DNA from: Zestosphaera sp.
GTDB taxonomy: Archaea > Thermoproteota > Thermoprotei_A > Sulfolobales > NBVN01
Reading direction: 5' to 3'
NCBI GenBank assembly: GCA_038843015.1
Contig: JAWBSH010000003.1
Coordinates: 3,634 to 67,633 of the forward strand
Length of the DNA: 64,000 nucleotides
Both the position numbers and the translations under genes were made by a program. This document shows, piece by piece, positions 40,740 through 48,889 of this stretch. Below the pieces are notes generated by a model. It had not been told where the DNA came from. It searched no databases and saw only the letters and a program-made list of their open reading frames with translations. Positions within the stretch are counted from its first letter, which is position 1. The number at the start of each line of letters is the position of its first letter.

Positions 40740-40811
40740 GAAAGACTCACCTAAAATACTTTGAACTAAACTCTTATAACTGAGGACATACGTTAAGTAA
40801 GTTTAAGAGTC

Positions 40812-41567
40812 TTACATTATCTCTCTAGACTCTCTCCTCTCAGCGCCTTTACCCATAAGCTTACTCACTTGCGAGAGCGTTGCTTTAATTCTCGACTCAA
40901 CTACCTCCGCGTGACTTAACAAGTCCTCAGTAGATACTCTGATTTTTAGGTAGTTCTTAAGCAAGTCTACGACGGACTTAACAGCCCTGAAGTCAACTTC
41001 ATTAAACTCTACTATAGTTGACCAAGTCTCGCCTAACATGACAGCACTCCTAATGCCATAATAGGAAGCCCACCCAACTATTATGCCGTTAACTCCTGTT
41101 ATGACTCCTTCCTCAAGAATATTACCGCCTAAACTACTTAACTCAGCTAACAAGCCCTCATCATTTCCTGCTATGAAAACCCTCCTTGAGTCGCTGTATT
41201 CAGGAACCACGTAAGCAGCAGTAGCGATGAGTGAGGCGGGCTTCCCCCTACTCATTATGTGGTTTAACAACTCAACACATATCTCATGCTGTCCGTCCGG
41301 GTTTTGAGGCTGTGTCTCTCCAGTAAACACTAGAAAATTATTGACTTCATATAAGCGACCCGTAAAAAGCGTTGAAATTCCCCTCCTATTAACGACTAGT
41401 TGCGAAGGAAACGTTGTTGAGTAGAGCTCAGCAACTAAGTCGCCCCCTATCTTCTCTAGTATGTAGTTTACTGAGGCATAACCGACTCTGCCCATTCCCG
41501 GCAAGCCAATGAGTAAGTGCTTATCCTTACTCTCATACTCTTTTAATACTTTCACCTTAGTTACCAT
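40812..41567 (-). CDS. PAC2-family (proteasome assembly chaperone-like) protein
   Basis: LLIGLPGMGRVGYASVNYI motif. 251 aa. Confidence 0.6.
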   Translation of the reverse strand: MVTKVKVLKEYESKDKHLLIGLPGMGRVGYASVNYILEKIGGDLVAELYSTTFPSQLVVNRRGISTLFTGRLYEVNNFLVFTGETQPQNPDGQHEICVELLNHIMSRGKPASLIATAAYVVPEYSDSRRVFIAGNDEGLLAELSSLGGNILEEGVITGVNGIIVGWASYYGIRSAVMLGETWSTIVEFNEVDFRAVKSVVDLLKNYLKIRVSTEDLLSHAEVVESRIKATLSQVSKLMGKGAERRESREIM

Positions 41568-41600
41568 CTTATTACCTCTATTTCAAGTTGTTTTGCTAAG

Positions 41601-42344
41601 TTATAAAGGATACTCTCGTAGCGACACGCACTCACCTCTCCTGCTCTCTACGTACACCCTCTGAGACGAAATTATCTCCCTAGTAGCACTCTCAGGATTC
41701 GTTGAGAGAGTTATTGCCCTCCCAACTACTTCCGCGTCAGCGCCAGAACAGATGCCCTCACCAGGTTTCGCACCCATCCTCAATATACCTGAAGCTAGAA
41801 TCACGTGCCTCTTTCCAAAGCTAGACCTAATCTCCCTAATCATGAAGCCCTTACTAGCAGGTATTATTAGTCCTGAAGCGTCAGTCAAATTCACTACATT
41901 CTTAATTAAATGGTAAGACTGGTCAATAACTTCCCCAGCTCCCTCATGAGGTAGAGACACCTGAAGGAATAGTTCCATCCCCAACTCCTTAACTCGCGAA
42001 GAGAGAGGTTCTAGGGCCCCCTTATACCCAACAAAAGCGTGAGACACAACACCCTGAAAGCCCGCCACAGAAAGCTCATCTACAACTGGTAACATGACGT
42101 CGGCGATATCAGCTAGCTTCAGGTCCGCAATGAAGTAGTACTTATCTCTACGACTGCTAATCAAGTTACTTATGTTTTTGAGGCCGTACCTAAGCATATA
42201 AGGCAAGCCAATCTTAACGCCGGACACATAATCATAGATTCTGTCAAGTAACGCATCTAATCTAACTATGTCTGGAGGCGGGTAATTTACTGCGAGCACT
42301 ATAGTTCTCTCACTATCTCTCAAAATCCTGTGTGCGGACAACAC
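41601..42344 (-). CDS. pyrF: Orotidine 5'-phosphate decarboxylase-like protein
   Basis: IVLAVNYP, VKIGLPY and FIADLKLADI (DxKxxDI) motifs. Confidence 0.55.
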   Translation of the reverse strand: MLSAHRILRDSERTIVLAVNYPPPDIVRLDALLDRIYDYVSGVKIGLPYMLRYGLKNISNLISSRRDKYYFIADLKLADIADVMLPVVDELSVAGFQGVVSHAFVGYKGALEPLSSRVKELGMELFLQVSLPHEGAGEVIDQSYHLIKNVVNLTDASGLIIPASKGFMIREIRSSFGKRHVILASGILRMGAKPGEGICSGADAEVVGRAITLSTNPESATREIISSQRVYVESRRGECVSLREYPL

Positions 42345-42472
42345 TATACACCAACATATTTTCTAACCACACTTAAAAACACTTCCTGACAACTGACCCC
42401 CTTCCAGTCCCGGGAGACAAGAGTCCCCAAAATAAGGGTTTGAGGCCACATCGTTTCTCAGCAGATGACTGC

Positions 42473-42553
42473 TCATAAGCTTTCACGTTTCTTCGTATCC
42501 AGCCTCCCAACCATCCGCCTCTCAACGATCCCCCAGAACTCCTCACTGCAGAA
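42473..42553 (+). repeat. ~81-nt C/T-rich noncoding module, copy 2, abutting repeat copy B
   Basis: Homologous to 31471-31551 (hand alignment). It ends 2 nt before repeat copy B. Confidence 0.75.
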
Positions 42554-42555
42554 TA

Positions 42556-42779
42556 TAGCTGTTTCGGGTTTCTTGAAGGCTTGCAAGAGTTGATACTTTA
42601 TTGTGGGTTGAGCCTGCCTACAATGTGAGTAAGTAGTGAAGACTTGGGCGGGCAGGACATTCAACGCCAGGATGTGGGGTCCCCCACAGCAATGAACTCA
42701 GTAAGGGGCTGTGAGTCGAGGTCGTCTCGAGGTCTGTGAAGCCAAGGATAAATAACAAACAACATGAAACCCAAACCCC
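42556..42779 (-). repeat. 224-bp inverted repeat, copy B
   Basis: Exact reverse complement of 37970-38193. Confidence 0.97.
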
Positions 42780-42849
42780 GGTTAATTAGTGTGATTAAAT
42801 ATTTATACTGATTTTCTGAGAATTCTTATAGTGTGAGGAGGGTTTACGA

Positions 42850-43779
42850 TTGCTTGGTGGAAGACATTGCTTAATTATCTTAACAATTGGTTTGTTGTTG
42901 TTTGGAGGCCTAGCTTTAAAAGCTTCTGACGGTCTAAGATATACGTACATTCTCTATCCTGACGGACACGCTCATGTCAAGGTGGTGTGTAACGTGTCTG
43001 GGAAAGAGTTTCTAGAACTTAAACTTGAGAGAGGATACGTGAACGAGACAATTATGGCTTTCTCCGATAGTGGGATGCCCCTGCCTTACATATTAAGTCC
43101 TGACGGGAAGATAGTTGTTGATGTCAGTAACCTGAGTAGCGTGACTATAGAGTATGAGGCAGTAGTAGGGAGCGTATTCACTGAAGTTCAGGTTAACGTA
43201 CTTATAAATCCGTTAGGTCCTGCCGACGTAATACTACCACCTAATTCTGCTCTCTTATACTTTAGTGGCTCACCACAAATAACTACAGTTAGCGACTCAA
43301 CAGGTAAGCAGTTTTATTTAGTTCTTAGTTATGATAGCGCAGGCACGTATGAAGTTAGTTTCCTACTACTCCCTCGGACAGAGCTCCCCACCGAAACACT
43401 CAGCTCTCAAACAACTCCCCCCTCTAGCGAGGCCGGAGCATTCGATACTCTTATTTTCATTTTGGTAGGTGTGGCGGTAACGGCTTTGCTAGGATACTTT
43501 ATTATAAGGAGAAGACTTGAGAAAACGTCTGAAATAGAGCCTCTACTAGAGCATGGTTTTGACGAACGTGACAAGGCGATTCTTAAAACGTTGAGTAGTG
43601 GCGAGGCTACTCTATCAGACTTGAGCAAGGCAGTAAGACTAAACAAGTCTGTTGTTTGGAGGAGGTTAGAGAGGCTTAGAGAATTGGGATATGTTGAGAA
43701 AGGCTATTCTAGAGGCAAGTCTATATATAGATTGACACAAAAAGGATCGAAAATCCTTAAAGACCTAGACAATCAGTAG
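42850..43779 (+). CDS. Membrane-anchored winged-helix (MarR/ArsR-like) regulator with extracytoplasmic N-terminal domain
   Basis: N-terminal signal/anchor, a ~170-aa domain, an S/T/P linker and the TM segment FILVGVAVTALLGYFII. The C-terminal part is ILKTLSSGEATLSDLSKAVRLNKSVVWRRLERLRELGYV. Confidence 0.55.
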   Translation: MLGGRHCLIILTIGLLLFGGLALKASDGLRYTYILYPDGHAHVKVVCNVSGKEFLELKLERGYVNETIMAFSDSGMPLPYILSPDGKIVVDVSNLSSVTIEYEAVVGSVFTEVQVNVLINPLGPADVILPPNSALLYFSGSPQITTVSDSTGKQFYLVLSYDSAGTYEVSFLLLPRTELPTETLSSQTTPPSSEAGAFDTLIFILVGVAVTALLGYFIIRRRLEKTSEIEPLLEHGFDERDKAILKTLSSGEATLSDLSKAVRLNKSVVWRRLERLRELGYVEKGYSRGKSIYRLTQKGSKILKDLDNQ

Positions 43780-43791
43780 ACTTTCAGAGTC

Positions 43792-45120
43792 TCAGTCCTT
43801 CTTAGTGTACAGTCTTTCAAGCAAGTCTCTCCTGTTCACCCACACCTTCGTTAAATCTCTATTCTTACTAACCGGCTGTCCCCCACCTAAGAGGCAGCCC
43901 CCTGGACACGCCTCAAAAACTACTTTCTCAGCATGTTTAGCACGATCTGAAAGAATCTGTTTTAGATTCTTAAGTTCGCTAACTACTACTACACCTTCCC
44001 TAAAATCTAGTATTTCGTCAGGTCTCTCTGCACCTAACCTCTCCACGCCTAGTTCTCTTATGAGTGACTGAAGTTCGCGCGTAGTTAGTGAATTTACTAT
44101 ATTTCTCCATGAGAGACACTGAGTTATGTAGACAGCGTCTTGAGGTATTCTCGGCGTGAGTAAACGGACACGATATTCAGGGACGTGCTTACTAAGTATT
44201 GAGTACTCCACGGGTGATCTAGCCAGAACATCATTTTCTGCATTGTTTTTAACTTCACACAGACTTGAGTATACGAACACCCTTGAAAACCCAATAATCT
44301 TGAGAGCAGAAATTACCTGCTCTAACTCGAGATTGTCTGACTCCATAAGTGATGCTAGTGCTTCAGGCTCTATATAAGCTATTCTCAAGAAACCCTCACG
44401 GACCTTATCTAACAAATCTTTTGTTTTAGTCTTAAGGCTTATGGCTCCCACGGGACAGTAAGCAAAACAGAGTCCGCAATTAATACACCCAGCATTTTCT
44501 AGTGGTTCTTGATATGGTGTAGAAATCGTTGTTTGCACTCCTTTGAAAACATAGTTTAACACTCTAGCGCCTACTAACGAACACGCTTCAACACATCTAC
44601 CACAAACAACACACTTAGAAGTGTCTATCTCAATAAGTGAGCCGTCAATTCTAAAGCTATCTCTACCGACTTTGCTAAACCTTCTACTACTAACGCTGAT
44701 TAAGTTACCGTCAGCCAGCTCTTTCAGTAACTTAATTAACTCGCTAGTGTTTATTGGACACCCCCTAACGTGATAATCTACCTTGACGTAGTGACTTACT
44801 GGTTTAGAGAAGCTTGCTTCAGCTCCCGGCTTTTTTATGCCTGCCTGAACGCCTCCCAGTATCGCGCAAGCACCCACAGCTATCAAAATCTTAGATTTCA
44901 TTCTTGTCCTGGAGAGTATTTCTAGGTCTCTGCTTGACACTACGGAGCCTTCAATTAACGCAACATCATATGCTTCTACTTGTTTCTTTAGACCCAGTAA
45001 TGGCCAGAAAACCAACTCAACGTCGAGTTTCTTCAAGAAGTCTAAGAATCCCTCACTTAAGAGATTATACTGACACCCGTCACAACCTGCGAGAGGCACT
45101 ACGGCTAGCTTGAGAGGCAC
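43792..45120 (-). CDS. [NiFe] hydrogenase small-subunit N-domain fused to a 2x[4Fe-4S] ferredoxin domain and a [FeFe]-hydrogenase H-domain-like relic
   Basis: aa 1-125: PLAGCDGCQ, GACAILGG and RGCP (NuoB/oxidored_q6-like proximal cluster ligands). aa 169-226: CVVCGRCVEAC and CINCGLCFAYCP. aa 230-442: LKIIGFSRVF, YITQCLSW and EACPGGCLLGGGQP. GTG start with GAGGTGA 5 nt upstream. Confidence 0.7.
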   Translation of the reverse strand: MPLKLAVVPLAGCDGCQYNLLSEGFLDFLKKLDVELVFWPLLGLKKQVEAYDVALIEGSVVSSRDLEILSRTRMKSKILIAVGACAILGGVQAGIKKPGAEASFSKPVSHYVKVDYHVRGCPINTSELIKLLKELADGNLISVSSRRFSKVGRDSFRIDGSLIEIDTSKCVVCGRCVEACSLVGARVLNYVFKGVQTTISTPYQEPLENAGCINCGLCFAYCPVGAISLKTKTKDLLDKVREGFLRIAYIEPEALASLMESDNLELEQVISALKIIGFSRVFVYSSLCEVKNNAENDVLARSPVEYSILSKHVPEYRVRLLTPRIPQDAVYITQCLSWRNIVNSLTTRELQSLIRELGVERLGAERPDEILDFREGVVVVSELKNLKQILSDRAKHAEKVVFEACPGGCLLGGGQPVSKNRDLTKVWVNRRDLLERLYTKKD

Positions 45121-45125
45121 TCAAC

Positions 45126-46415
45126 TCACCTCTTCTTAATTACGTGTACCGCACACGGGATACACGGGTCGTAGGCTCTAATCAGCGCCTCAACAAGCTT
45201 CTTAACTAAGGTGTCATCATAATCTCTCTCATTATCTATTAAGCCCCTTATTAAGGCCTCACTACTAACTTCCAGGTGTTTCGAGAACATTACGGTAGGC
45301 GTTATTATGTCTGCCTTAACTACTCTCAACTCAGGACTTAACTCGTAGTAGTGTATTAGAAGACCCCTGGGAGCCTCGATGACTCCGACCCCGAAACCGC
45401 CTCTAAAGTTGTTGTCATGTTTTACTCTCTTAATCTTTTCCATTTCTAGAGAAGTTAGAGCCTGCAACAAGCTCTCGTATATGAGTAGTGACTCGATTAT
45501 CTTAGCATATATGTTAGAGAAGGGGTTCTCCTTGAAGAACGCCTCATAATTAGTTATTAAGTACCTAAGCTCGTTAGTTGTGTTGAGTCTACCTCTTCTT
45601 AGATAATTGAGTAGCCTAGCTCTAGCACCAGTATAGAAGACTTTCTTACCTGACATTAAGCACTTCTTGCTTGTTGATGAGTCTAGGTATTGCTCGACGA
45701 AGATTTCACGATAATTTCCGTGAATAACGTAAGTGTTTCTGAGTGTGTCTATGACGTAAGGTCCTCCCACAGGCACTGTCACGTTTGGAGACTCTCTTAA
45801 GGAAGCGTATTCTGGAGAGGGATCTGTGAGTTCAGGCAATTCAACACTTAAAACCACGTTAGCTAGTTCTCTCAAATCATTATTCAAGCTCCTCAAGAGA
45901 CTTAAGATTTTCTCAATTACCGTGGGCTTTACGTCTATAGTGAAACCCCCTGGTAGGTAGGTATTCGGGTTAGTTAGTCTGCCTCCCAACAAATTCAAAG
46001 CTTCGGTGACTACTCTGTTTACCCTGAGCAACGTACTCACGTACTTATCGCTCCTGACTAAGTGCTCATAATCCGGTAGGACCAGGAAGCCGAGATGCAT
46101 TATGTGATTCTGGAGAATCTGTAGCTTATTACATGCGTCCCTGAGTGTTGCCGTAGTTTCGTCTACCTTAATTCCCAGGGCTGACTCAATCGCCAGGTTA
46201 GATGCCCAGAAGTGGGCGTGACTGCAGACCCCGCACACTCTAGAAACTACGTAAGGTACTTCCCAGTATTTGCGTCCCTCAACTAATGATTCGAAGGACC
46301 TGGGACTAGCTAAGCTGTTGTACTCTACTCTAACATTCTCTCCCTCGATCTCGATGACGACTTCTGATTCTCCAGCAACTCTAACAATCTCTGAAGAGAA
46401 GAATTTAGTAGTTAT
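45126..46415 (-). CDS. [NiFe] hydrogenase large subunit (start uncertain: no canonical start codon before the conserved N-terminus)
   Basis: RVCGVCSHAH (RxCGxCxxxH) and C-terminal DPCIPCAVH. The frame is open up to 46421. The first ATG/GTG/TTG is the Val codon inside RVCGVC (46238). AGGAGGTGA lies at 46422-46430, followed 6 nt later by ATA at 46413-46415. Confidence 0.8.
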   Translation of the reverse strand: MTTKFFSSEIVRVAGESEVVIEIEGENVRVEYNSLASPRSFESLVEGRKYWEVPYVVSRVCGVCSHAHFWASNLAIESALGIKVDETTATLRDACNKLQILQNHIMHLGFLVLPDYEHLVRSDKYVSTLLRVNRVVTEALNLLGGRLTNPNTYLPGGFTIDVKPTVIEKILSLLRSLNNDLRELANVVLSVELPELTDPSPEYASLRESPNVTVPVGGPYVIDTLRNTYVIHGNYREIFVEQYLDSSTSKKCLMSGKKVFYTGARARLLNYLRRGRLNTTNELRYLITNYEAFFKENPFSNIYAKIIESLLIYESLLQALTSLEMEKIKRVKHDNNFRGGFGVGVIEAPRGLLIHYYELSPELRVVKADIITPTVMFSKHLEVSSEALIRGLIDNERDYDDTLVKKLVEALIRAYDPCIPCAVHVIKKR

Positions 46416-47058
46416 TGCTACTCACCTCCTCTATAAGTCTCCGAAGATTTTGCGGTAAGTAAGTCCAGAAGAAACTTACTAATGACTTAAGTTCACTTAA
46501 GTCTATGTTGCCGTTATAGAGGTTTTTAAGAGCCCAGGCCCATACGTCCTCACTTACAATATAGCCTCTGCACCCAATACATGGAGAACCCCTCCTAGGG
46601 CATTCAGCCTCGCAGCCAGCCACCGTTAACGGACCTAGACACGGAATACCCTTCAGCACCAAGCAAGAGTGCTCACGTAGTGAGCACTCACTACATACCG
46701 GAATACCTTCTACTCCTAGTTTTTTACTGAGGTCAAGCAACTCACACGCTCCTTTCCTCACGCAAGACCAGCACTTAATTTCGTGCGTAGCTAGAAGTAA
46801 TTCTAAGTTGATCTTCCTTAATTTTCTTAAATCACTATCATCGACTATGATTTTAGCGTTTTCAGATACAGGGAACTTACATGCTGGCACAACCCTCCCG
46901 TTAACTTTCACGACACATATTCTGCAAGTAGCCTCGTTAAAAAGTCCTTTAAGGTAACATAGGGTAGGGACTTCATACCCAGCTTTCTCTATGGCATCAA
47001 TAACTAGGGTGCCGGGAGGTACGTCAACTTCGTAATTATTCACGTAAATCTTAACCAT
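46405..47058 (-). CDS. HydA-N/HoxU-like FeS protein ([2Fe-2S] + His-ligated [4Fe-4S]) fused to a [NiFe] small-subunit C-terminal FeS domain
   Basis: CYLKGLFNEATCRICVV...PAC (plant-type 2Fe-2S). HEIKCWSCVRKGAC (Hx3Cx2Cx5C). CSECSLREHSC...PCLGPLTVAGCEAECPRRGSPCIGCRG. The likely start is the ATG at 47058 (MVKIYVNN); the track ORF begins at 47115. Confidence 0.7.
   Translation of the reverse strand: MVKIYVNNYEVDVPPGTLVIDAIEKAGYEVPTLCYLKGLFNEATCRICVVKVNGRVVPACKFPVSENAKIIVDDSDLRKLRKINLELLLATHEIKCWSCVRKGACELLDLSKKLGVEGIPVCSECSLREHSCLVLKGIPCLGPLTVAGCEAECPRRGSPCIGCRGYIVSEDVWAWALKNLYNGNIDLSELKSLVSFFWTYLPQNLRRLIEEVSSNNY
46422..46430 (-). promoter_or_regulatory. Shine-Dalgarno-like AGGAGGTGA preceding the hydrogenase large-subunit frame
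   Basis: Read on the minus strand, within the 3' end of the upstream gene. A similar GAGGTGA element precedes the next gene's GTG at 45120 with similar spacing. Confidence 0.5.
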
Positions 47059-47063
47059 AGAAA

Positions 47064-48887
47064 TCACACCTTCGTCACGGCCCCGAAGGGGCAAGCTATT
47101 AAGCACTGACCACACTTGATGCAGCGATTATAGTTTATTACGTGTGTTTTGCCGGGGGAACCGCTGATCGCGTTTGCAGGGCAGTTCTTAGCACATTGCG
47201 TACACCCTCTACATTTAGAGGGGTCTATCTCATACCTCACTAGCTTAGAACATACTTTAGCAGGGCACTTCTTCTTAATTACGTGGTCTTCGTACTCGCT
47301 TCTGAAATATCTTAGCGTAGATAGTATGGGGTTAGGTGCTGTTCCCCCTAATGCGCATAGAGATGATTTCGCAATGCTTTCTCCAAGCTCTTTCAAGACC
47401 TCAAGGTCTTCTAAGGACGCGTCCCCTGACGTAATCTTCTCAAGCACTTCACTAATGACCTTCATTCCTATTCTGCAGGGTAAGCACTTACCGCAGGATT
47501 CCGCTAAAGTGAAGGAAGTGAAGTATTTAGCTACATCAACCATGCAATTAGAGTCGTCTATTATGACTAATCCTCCGGAACCCATTATAGCGCCATAAGA
47601 CTGCAGAGTTTCATAATCTAGTTCTAGGTCTAGCAAGTCAGCCGGTATGCACCCGCCGCTTGGACCACCTATTTGGACTGCCTTAATAGCTCTCCCGTCT
47701 GGTGGCCCTCCAGCCAACTCATATACTAATGTCTTGATCTTAGTGCCTATAGGGACCTCATACACGCCGGTCTTCTTGACCGACCCAGTCACGCAAAACA
47801 TTTTAGTTCCTTTAGATTTCTCAGTACCATACTTAGTGAATTCCTCTAAACCGACCTGGAAGATAGTCGCTACGTGAGCTAGTGTCTCGACATTATTTAT
47901 GACTGTAGGCTTACCCCACAAACCGCTTGTTGCTGGGTACGGGGGTCTCTGTCTAGGTCTTGACCTACCTTCTATCGCTGCTATAAGAGCAGTCTCCTCA
48001 CCGCATACGAAAGCGCCGGCACTCCTATAAACCTCCACATCAAAACTGAAGTCAGTGCCTAGTATCTTCTCGCCTAGGAAGCCATAGTCTCTGGCTTGGC
48101 TAGCAGCCATCTCTAGCCTCTCAGCCATTAGAGGCTTCTCAGCCCTCACGAATATGTAGCCTCTAGAAGCCCCTATAGCGTATCCTGCTATGATTAACCC
48201 TTCTAAAACTCTATGAGGGTCTGACTCGGCCAGCAACCTATTCATGAACGCTCCCGGGTCTCCCTCATCACCATTACAGATCACGTACTTGACATCACTC
48301 TTCTGCTCGTACGCTACTCTCCACTTATACCAAGTGGGGAAGCCAGCCCCTCCACGACCCCTAAGACCGGACTTTCTCACTACTTCAATCACGTCTTCTC
48401 TGCTTAGCTTAAGTGCCTTCTTAAGACCTGAGTAACCGCCAGTTCTTATGTAATCTTCTATTGACTCAGGATCTACTAGACCACAATTCCTGGAAACGAA
48501 CCTGACCTGAAGTTTCCACTCAGGGAGAGAATCAAGCGTCGGTACATTCTTGAAGTCGTGAGTTCCTCCTCTGATTACCAAAGCACTACTCAAATTCCCC
48601 TTGACATATTCTCTCACTATCTTCTCAACTTCTTCTGGCTTAACGTTAGCATATATAGCTGGCGGAGCCCCCCTCATTTCTAGTTCTATCCATGGATCCA
48701 AGTAACAGAGACCCATGCACCCAACTTTCTTAATTGTAGCTTCAAGACCTAACTTCTCTAAAGTTTTCTTAACAGACTCAAGCACTCTGCTAGCGCCGGC
48801 TGCTAGAGTGCAACTAGCTAGAGGTACCTTAACAGTAAGCACATCAGCTCTTTGAAGACCTGCGTCAACCGTCAAGACCTTCATCAC
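47064..48887 (-). CDS. NuoF/HydB/HoxF-like NAD(P)H-binding flavoprotein subunit with extra FeS domains
   Basis: GLRGRGGAGFPT (FMN site) and ESCGKCLPCRIG (N3 cluster). C-terminal CRGCTQCAKNCP and CIKCGQCLIACP. An N-terminal thioredoxin-like domain. Confidence 0.85.
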   Translation of the reverse strand: MMKVLTVDAGLQRADVLTVKVPLASCTLAAGASRVLESVKKTLEKLGLEATIKKVGCMGLCYLDPWIELEMRGAPPAIYANVKPEEVEKIVREYVKGNLSSALVIRGGTHDFKNVPTLDSLPEWKLQVRFVSRNCGLVDPESIEDYIRTGGYSGLKKALKLSREDVIEVVRKSGLRGRGGAGFPTWYKWRVAYEQKSDVKYVICNGDEGDPGAFMNRLLAESDPHRVLEGLIIAGYAIGASRGYIFVRAEKPLMAERLEMAASQARDYGFLGEKILGTDFSFDVEVYRSAGAFVCGEETALIAAIEGRSRPRQRPPYPATSGLWGKPTVINNVETLAHVATIFQVGLEEFTKYGTEKSKGTKMFCVTGSVKKTGVYEVPIGTKIKTLVYELAGGPPDGRAIKAVQIGGPSGGCIPADLLDLELDYETLQSYGAIMGSGGLVIIDDSNCMVDVAKYFTSFTLAESCGKCLPCRIGMKVISEVLEKITSGDASLEDLEVLKELGESIAKSSLCALGGTAPNPILSTLRYFRSEYEDHVIKKKCPAKVCSKLVRYEIDPSKCRGCTQCAKNCPANAISGSPGKTHVINYNRCIKCGQCLIACPFGAVTKV

Positions 48888-48889
48888 TT

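Noticed and set aside
42473-42664. 63-aa ORF in the track spanning the 81-nt module and part of repeat copy B
   Set aside because: In copy A the same frame leaves the repeat into different sequence and stops after ~46 codons. The homologous module at 31471-31551 has stops in this frame. There is no sign of coding conservation, so it is a chance ORF in noncoding repeat DNA.
46405-46430. A programmed +1 frameshift fusing the HoxU-like protein to the hydrogenase large subunit
   Set aside because: The large-subunit frame has its own TGA at 46422-46424 just upstream, embedded in a strong AGGAGGTGA Shine-Dalgarno. This favours independent re-initiation over frameshifting. I saw no slippery sequence.
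47149-47598. Long antisense 'shadow' ORFs opposite well-supported genes (this one, plus 930-1259, 2122-2388, 6332-6670, 11310-11651, 31923-32276, 33168-33557, 36202-36531, 59739-60107, 61634-61963, 62706-63026 and the other 60-110 aa entries)
   Set aside because: Each lies entirely inside a longer ORF on the other strand that has clear family motifs. Their translations are low-complexity (S/L/T/P-rich) with no recognisable motifs.
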